From: Limnochordia bacterium
Lineage (GTDB): Bacteria > Bacillota > Limnochordia > DTU080
DNA length: 64,000 nt
Assembly: GCA_050951545.1 (NCBI GenBank)
Contig: JBMNJG010000003.1
Location: forward strand, 160,001-224,000
Reading direction: 5' to 3'
A program made the position numbers and the translations under genes. This document shows, one piece after another, positions 57,471-64,000 of this stretch. Each line of letters starts with the position of its first letter. The stretch's first letter is position 1. Under the pieces are notes generated by a model, which was given only the letters and a program-made list of their open reading frames with translations, was not told where the DNA came from and did not search any database.

Positions 57471-59885
57471 CTAGCCTGAATATGTCGATTCGCATCTGAG
57501 CCAGTGAGCCAGAGCACTGCATGGCTGTCGACCAGTGAGCAGCTCAGACGCGGCGCGTCGTCTAACCATACACTCATTATAGCTGACCGCCCAACTCAAG
57601 TCTAGCTTGTCGCCAGGCCTAGCCATGAGGACCCACGATTGGCCATCCTGCCTTACAAGGTCCAGTTCGGCAAACACGCGCAGCGCGTAGAGAGCCCCTG
57701 AGGGACTGAGGCCGCTACCTACCGCGATCGCCTCCGGGGTGAGACACTGCCCCGCCCTCTGAAGACGCTGTAACTGCAGATAGGCCTGTGCCAGCCCGTC
57801 GCGCGCCGGCCAATCGGCGTCAATGAGAACTCTCCCCTTAGCGGCCTCGCGCGCCCCGTAGAGAATGTGCACTTCGGCAGGCGGGGCCTCCGCCGTGAGC
57901 CACGACCACACTCGTATCCAGTCCTCTGCTACAGGTGGGTCATACAAAACAAGCCCCCAGGGACTAGACGGCGGCGTTGCCCAGGGAGCCCCGGGAAATA
58001 GCACAAGAGCCTCACCCTCTGCCGGCATATCCTGGCACCAGGTCCAGAGCACGGGCCGCAAGTTCCGCCGGGCGATGCTTCCTACATAGGCGGGACATTC
58101 GGTACGCGCCGATCTGGCATCGATGCAGGGGATCTCACTGCTTACCCCCAGATCCGTCTCGCTCGAGACAGCCACCTCTTCGCAGCTGCCAAACTCGCTG
58201 GGCCGCAAGTCCCTCACACGCAACTCCAGTGACCGTTGGCCCCGCCATTCGTTGATTGTCAAGGCGAAGGCTAGGTCTAGACTGGTCGCCGCAGCCTCGG
58301 CGGCCTTGTGCCCCAGGCGAAAACCCACGGCTGTGACCTGTGATCTGCCCATCGGCAATGTCAACCTCAGATGACGAGACTCCTTGCCGACGACCCGTAC
58401 TTCACTAGGAACCACTGAAGCCCAAGCCAGTACCGGTGATGGGTTACCACAGCCAAACGGACCAAGACGGTTGAGCTCGCCCAGCAACGCCGCGTCGAGC
58501 TCATCTGGCTCCACCCAAGCATCTACATCCAATAGCCGTGGCGCTCGGCCGTCGGGACCCAACTGACGCCTGGCCTCTTCGTCCAGCACCTTCTGCAGCT
58601 CCGCGAGATGGGCACCAGAAAGGCTCAACCCCGCGGCCATGGCATGGCCGCCATAGCGCGCAAGCAAGTGCCTATTGGCTTCCAAGGCCTCCGTAATATG
58701 AAACCCAGGCACGCTGCGGCCTGAACCTGTAACGGCGTCGCCCTCCCTGGTCAGCACCAAAGTCGGCCGCCCATACATCTCTACCAGACGGGAAGCCACG
58801 ATCCCCAGCACACCGGGATGCCAGTCGCTACCCGCAACCACCAAGACAGGGTTCTCTGACAAGACCTCGGCAGCCTGCTGGGCCTGTACAAGAATGCGCT
58901 CCTCCTCCTCTTTGCGAGCCCGATTAGCCTCATCGAGCTGCACTCCCAGAGGTAGAGCCGTCTCCAGCGTGGGTGCCATTAGCATCTCCATGCCTGTCGC
59001 GGCATCCGCCATGCGACCGACCGCATTGAGGCGAGGCGCCATCTGGAAGGCGACATGATGGGCCTCAATCGTCCCAGGGGCACACTGGCTGATAGCGGCC
59101 AGTGCAGCTAAGCCGGGCAGAGGAGACGTGTTGAGTTTCTTCAGCCCGCGGTAGACCAGCGCACGATTCTCATCCTGGAGGGGTACTACGTCAGCGATAG
59201 TACCAAAGGCAACGAGATCCTCTAGGTCGGCGACGAGATCCGGCTGCCCCAACGATTCCCCCAAAGCACTCATAAGCTTGTAGGCAACACCCACTCCTGA
59301 TAGATGGCGCCAGGGATAACGCGCCCGGGGTAGCTTGGGGTTGACCACCGCCATAGCCGAAGCGAGAGTGCCAGCCGTCTCGTGATGATCTGTCACGATG
59401 CAGTCCACACCTGCCGCCTGAGCTTGGCTAACCTCAACGGCGGACGTTGTACCACAGTCCACTGTGATCAATAGGCTCGTCCCGCTACTGGCCAGGGCGG
59501 CGACGGCTGCCGAGTGGAGCCCATAGCCCTCGTCGAGGCGATGGGGTATGTAGTAATCTACCTCCATGCCCAGCCGCCGCAGCCCCAGCACCACAAGAGC
59601 AGCTCCCGTTTGACCATCGGCGTCGTAGTCGCCATACACCGACACCTTCTCGCCCTTTGCATAGGCCTGCGTAAGGCGCCGCACAGCGACATCCATATGT
59701 GGCAACTCCCACGGTGAGTGCAGAGGGCCCAGACTGGCATCCAGCATGAGACGCGCCGCCTCCAAGGTTTGGGCACCCCGGGCAGCCAGCACCCTGGCGG
59801 TGACTGTTCTCACTCCCAGTTGCTTGCCAAAAGCATTCTCCAATTCCGCGTCCACCGGGCGCACACGCCACCGACGATGCATCAC
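57471..59885 (-). CDS. recJ: Single-stranded-DNA-specific exonuclease RecJ
   Basis: YGDYDADG, EGYGL, TVDCG, TDHH, GTIADVVPL, PRLNA.GR, GGHAMAAG. The ORF-track 5' extension overlapping DUF456 was removed. Confidence 0.96.
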   Translation of the reverse strand: MMHRRWRVRPVDAELENAFGKQLGVRTVTARVLAARGAQTLEAARLMLDASLGPLHSPWELPHMDVAVRRLTQAYAKGEKVSVYGDYDADGQTGAALVVLGLRRLGMEVDYYIPHRLDEGYGLHSAAVAALASSGTSLLITVDCGTTSAVEVSQAQAAGVDCIVTDHHETAGTLASAMAVVNPKLPRARYPWRHLSGVGVAYKLMSALGESLGQPDLVADLEDLVAFGTIADVVPLQDENRALVYRGLKKLNTSPLPGLAALAAISQCAPGTIEAHHVAFQMAPRLNAVGRMADAATGMEMLMAPTLETALPLGVQLDEANRARKEEEERILVQAQQAAEVLSENPVLVVAGSDWHPGVLGIVASRLVEMYGRPTLVLTREGDAVTGSGRSVPGFHITEALEANRHLLARYGGHAMAAGLSLSGAHLAELQKVLDEEARRQLGPDGRAPRLLDVDAWVEPDELDAALLGELNRLGPFGCGNPSPVLAWASVVPSEVRVVGKESRHLRLTLPMGRSQVTAVGFRLGHKAAEAAATSLDLAFALTINEWRGQRSLELRVRDLRPSEFGSCEEVAVSSETDLGVSSEIPCIDARSARTECPAYVGSIARRNLRPVLWTWCQDMPAEGEALVLFPGAPWATPPSSPWGLVLYDPPVAEDWIRVWSWLTAEAPPAEVHILYGAREAAKGRVLIDADWPARDGLAQAYLQLQRLQRAGQCLTPEAIAVGSGLSPSGALYALRVFAELDLVRQDGQSWVLMARPGDKLDLSWAVSYNECMVRRRAASELLTGRQPCSALAHWLRCESTYSG

Positions 59886-59968
59886 ATGCTCTACGTCCTT
59901 CCCCGAAAATGATGTGGCGCTGTGCGGGCATGTGGGCGGCCAACCACGCGTACTCCGAAGCAAATCCG

Positions 59969-60457
59969 CTACTGTGTCACCACCTGCCAGACCAGGTAAA
60001 GCAGCATCACCACCGCGATAGTTACTTGAACCAGTAGTGCTAACACAGAACCCAAGCCAGCCCCTACGCCTGCTTTGAAAGCCATGCGCCAACTCCGCCC
60101 GCGCAACAGCTCGCCTACCACCGCGCCCACAAGCGGTCCCAGTATCACGCCGACCGGGCCTAAAACCAGTACGCCACCGAGCGCCCCGACCATGGCACCC
60201 ACCATGCCAGCTCGCCCAGCCCCAGACCGACGAGCACCTCCTGCCCCGAGCCACAATTCTGCAGCATACGCGATAGCACTTAACCCGCCGAGGATCACCA
60301 GGTCACCGCCACTCAGCACGGCCCAGCGCTTCACCCAAGCGTAAACGATCGCAGCCGCGAGAATAAGCCCCGTACCCGGAAAGGCTGGCAGTACGGTTCC
60401 CACTAGTCCCAAGAAGGCCATGGCAAACAGCAGCCATTCACTAGCGCCGATCACCAC
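59969..60457 (-). CDS. DUF456 family membrane protein
   Basis: GLVGTVLPAFPG, GARRSGA, GPVGVILGPLVGA.VGEL. Confidence 0.85.
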   Translation of the reverse strand: MVIGASEWLLFAMAFLGLVGTVLPAFPGTGLILAAAIVYAWVKRWAVLSGGDLVILGGLSAIAYAAELWLGAGGARRSGAGRAGMVGAMVGALGGVLVLGPVGVILGPLVGAVVGELLRGRSWRMAFKAGVGAGLGSVLALLVQVTIAVVMLLYLVWQVVTQ

Positions 60458-60482
60458 GCCGCCCCCCTTGATGGCCTCTGCG

Positions 60483-60788
60483 CTAATCCACTATCTGCGA
60501 GACACCCATGCGCGCCAGACGCACTTCCACGTTGTCAGCAAGGCGCACAGTCAACACATCGTCGCGCATACTCACAATCTCCCCATGTAGTCCTCCTAAG
60601 GTCAGGATCTTGTCACCACGTTTCAGGGCTGAAAGCATTTCCTGACGACGCTTTTGCTGCTGTTGCTGCGGCCTTACTAAGAAGAAGTAGAAAGCGACGA
60701 TGACCACGAAAAAGGGAAACAACTGCGCAACAAGACCCGCCTGTAAGGGTGAGACCCCTGACGGTGTCGCGGCTGCAAGAAATGTCAT
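60483..60788 (-). CDS. yajC: Preprotein translocase subunit YajC
   Basis: FYFFLVRPQQ, LKRGDKILTLGGLHG; follows tgt. Confidence 0.95.
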   Translation of the reverse strand: MTFLAAATPSGVSPLQAGLVAQLFPFFVVIVAFYFFLVRPQQQQQKRRQEMLSALKRGDKILTLGGLHGEIVSMRDDVLTVRLADNVEVRLARMGVSQIVD

Positions 60789-60836
60789 CTCTGCTATCCC
60801 CACCTTGTGTAACGAGATTTTTGACTCGACCAACTT

Positions 60837-63058
<2,222 letters not shown>

Positions 63059-63067
63059 CGGTATACC

Positions 63068-63961
63068 TCAGAGGTAGCCCAAGCGCTGCAGCAGTGCAGG
63101 ACGATCGCGCCAGCCTTCACTTGCCCTAACATGCAGGTCCAGATAGACCCGACTGCCCAACAGAGCCTCGATTTCCTGACGGGCCGCCGTGCCGATAGCC
63201 TTCAGCATTGAGCCTTGCTTACCGATGATAATGCCCTTGTGCGACTTGCGTTCGACATGGATGCGCGCTCGAATATGAACCACGTCGTCTGAGACGCCCT
63301 CCTCGAACTCCTCAGTGACCACTGCAACTGAGTGCGGCACTTCCTCCCGCGTGTGGTGCAGTATTTGCTCTCGGATCAGCTCCGCGATGACGAACTCCTC
63401 CGGCCGGTCGGTGATCATCCCTTCAGGAAAATACCTCGGTCCGCTTGGCATCAGCCCCACGATCGCGGCCAGCAACTCCGGTACATTATCACCGGTCTCC
63501 GCAGACAACGGGAAGACCGCATGAAAGTCGCCCAGCTCACTGCTTTTGGCTAGAGCCTCCAGCACATGTTCCGACCTCAGCAGATCGCATTTGTTCAAAG
63601 CCAGGATGATCGGTGTGCCTACTCTATGCACACGTTCGGCAACGAATTGATCCCCACCACCAATACCCGCTGCTGCGTCGACAACAAACAGGATGCAGTC
63701 CACTTCCGACCAGGCCTCGGTCGCGACCTTCATCATGTATTCGCCGAGTCGGTGGCGGGGTTTATGTACTCCGGGAGTATCAAGGAAAACCACCTGCGCC
63801 TCAGGTCCGTGATAGACCCCGACAATGCGGTTCCGTGTTGTCTGGGGCTTATCGGACACGATAGCGACTTTTTGACCAATGAACCGATTGAGAAGTGTGG
63901 ACTTCCCTACATTCGGACGCCCGACTATTGCAGCAAAACCTGAGACGAAACCATGCTCCAT
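63068..63961 (-). CDS. era: GTPase Era
   Basis: GRPNVGKSTL, KPQTTR, DTPG, NKCD, KH domain (EEVPHS, IIIGKQG). Confidence 0.98.
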   Translation of the reverse strand: MEHGFVSGFAAIVGRPNVGKSTLLNRFIGQKVAIVSDKPQTTRNRIVGVYHGPEAQVVFLDTPGVHKPRHRLGEYMMKVATEAWSEVDCILFVVDAAAGIGGGDQFVAERVHRVGTPIILALNKCDLLRSEHVLEALAKSSELGDFHAVFPLSAETGDNVPELLAAIVGLMPSGPRYFPEGMITDRPEEFVIAELIREQILHHTREEVPHSVAVVTEEFEEGVSDDVVHIRARIHVERKSHKGIIIGKQGSMLKAIGTAARQEIEALLGSRVYLDLHVRASEGWRDRPALLQRLGYL

Positions 63962-64000
63962 CAGTTGCCCTTACCTCCTAGGGTCGAGATCCCAAATGCA
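63961..64000 (-). CDS. 3' end of the upstream gene, probably cytidine deaminase
   Basis: ...AFGISTLGGKGN*; its TGA overlaps the era ATG. cdd-era order is common and Cdd ends in P.AF, but only 12 codons are visible. Confidence 0.4.
   Translation of the reverse strand, partial: AFGISTLGGKGN

Noticed and set aside
59886-60254. 124-aa N-terminal extension of RecJ (also the ORF-track extensions of aspS, argR, aroKB, mltG and DUF2273)
   Set aside because: These overlap upstream genes in another frame; RBS-supported downstream starts match normal family lengths.

Overview
This is core chromosome of a GC-rich, endospore-forming Bacillota; a Clostridia/Limnochordia-like lineage is inferred from gene content and order. 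About 68 genes are present and all but one lie on the minus strand. In transcription order: (cdd)-era-queA-tgt-yajC-DUF456-recJ-apt-rel-dtd; PPIase/TPR-hisS-aspS-rarA-mnmA-PfkB kinase; AI-2E permease-alaS-ireB-baseplate-J-like-ruvX-DUF1292-mltG-sigK; yqeG-split yqeH-aroC-aroKB-aroQ-pepQ-efp; spoIIIAA-AH; accBC-asp23-amaP-nusB-TsaD paralog-xseAB-ispA-dxs-tlyA-nadK-argR-recN-spoIVB-spo0A; steA-steB-GT2-GT4-DinG; two polysaccharide deacetylases; an SH3-GH18 hydrolase (the only plus-strand gene); M16 peptidase; dut. I saw no rRNA, tRNA, CRISPR, IS or prophage. Best leads: (1) an orphan membrane-anchored baseplate J/gp47-like gene inside the ireB-ruvX-mltG operon; (2) a steAB plus glycosyltransferase operon behind spo0A, with a forespore-type promoter and an RBS-occluding hairpin; (3) a strongly divergent Spo0A flanked by an exact 12-bp direct repeat; (4) a split, motif-eroded YqeH; (5) a +1 frameshift in spoIIIAG; (6) alaS and hisS-aspS without T-boxes. 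Family calls rest on motifs I recognised by eye, not on database searches. Several start codons were moved from the ORF track to the nearest start with an RBS.
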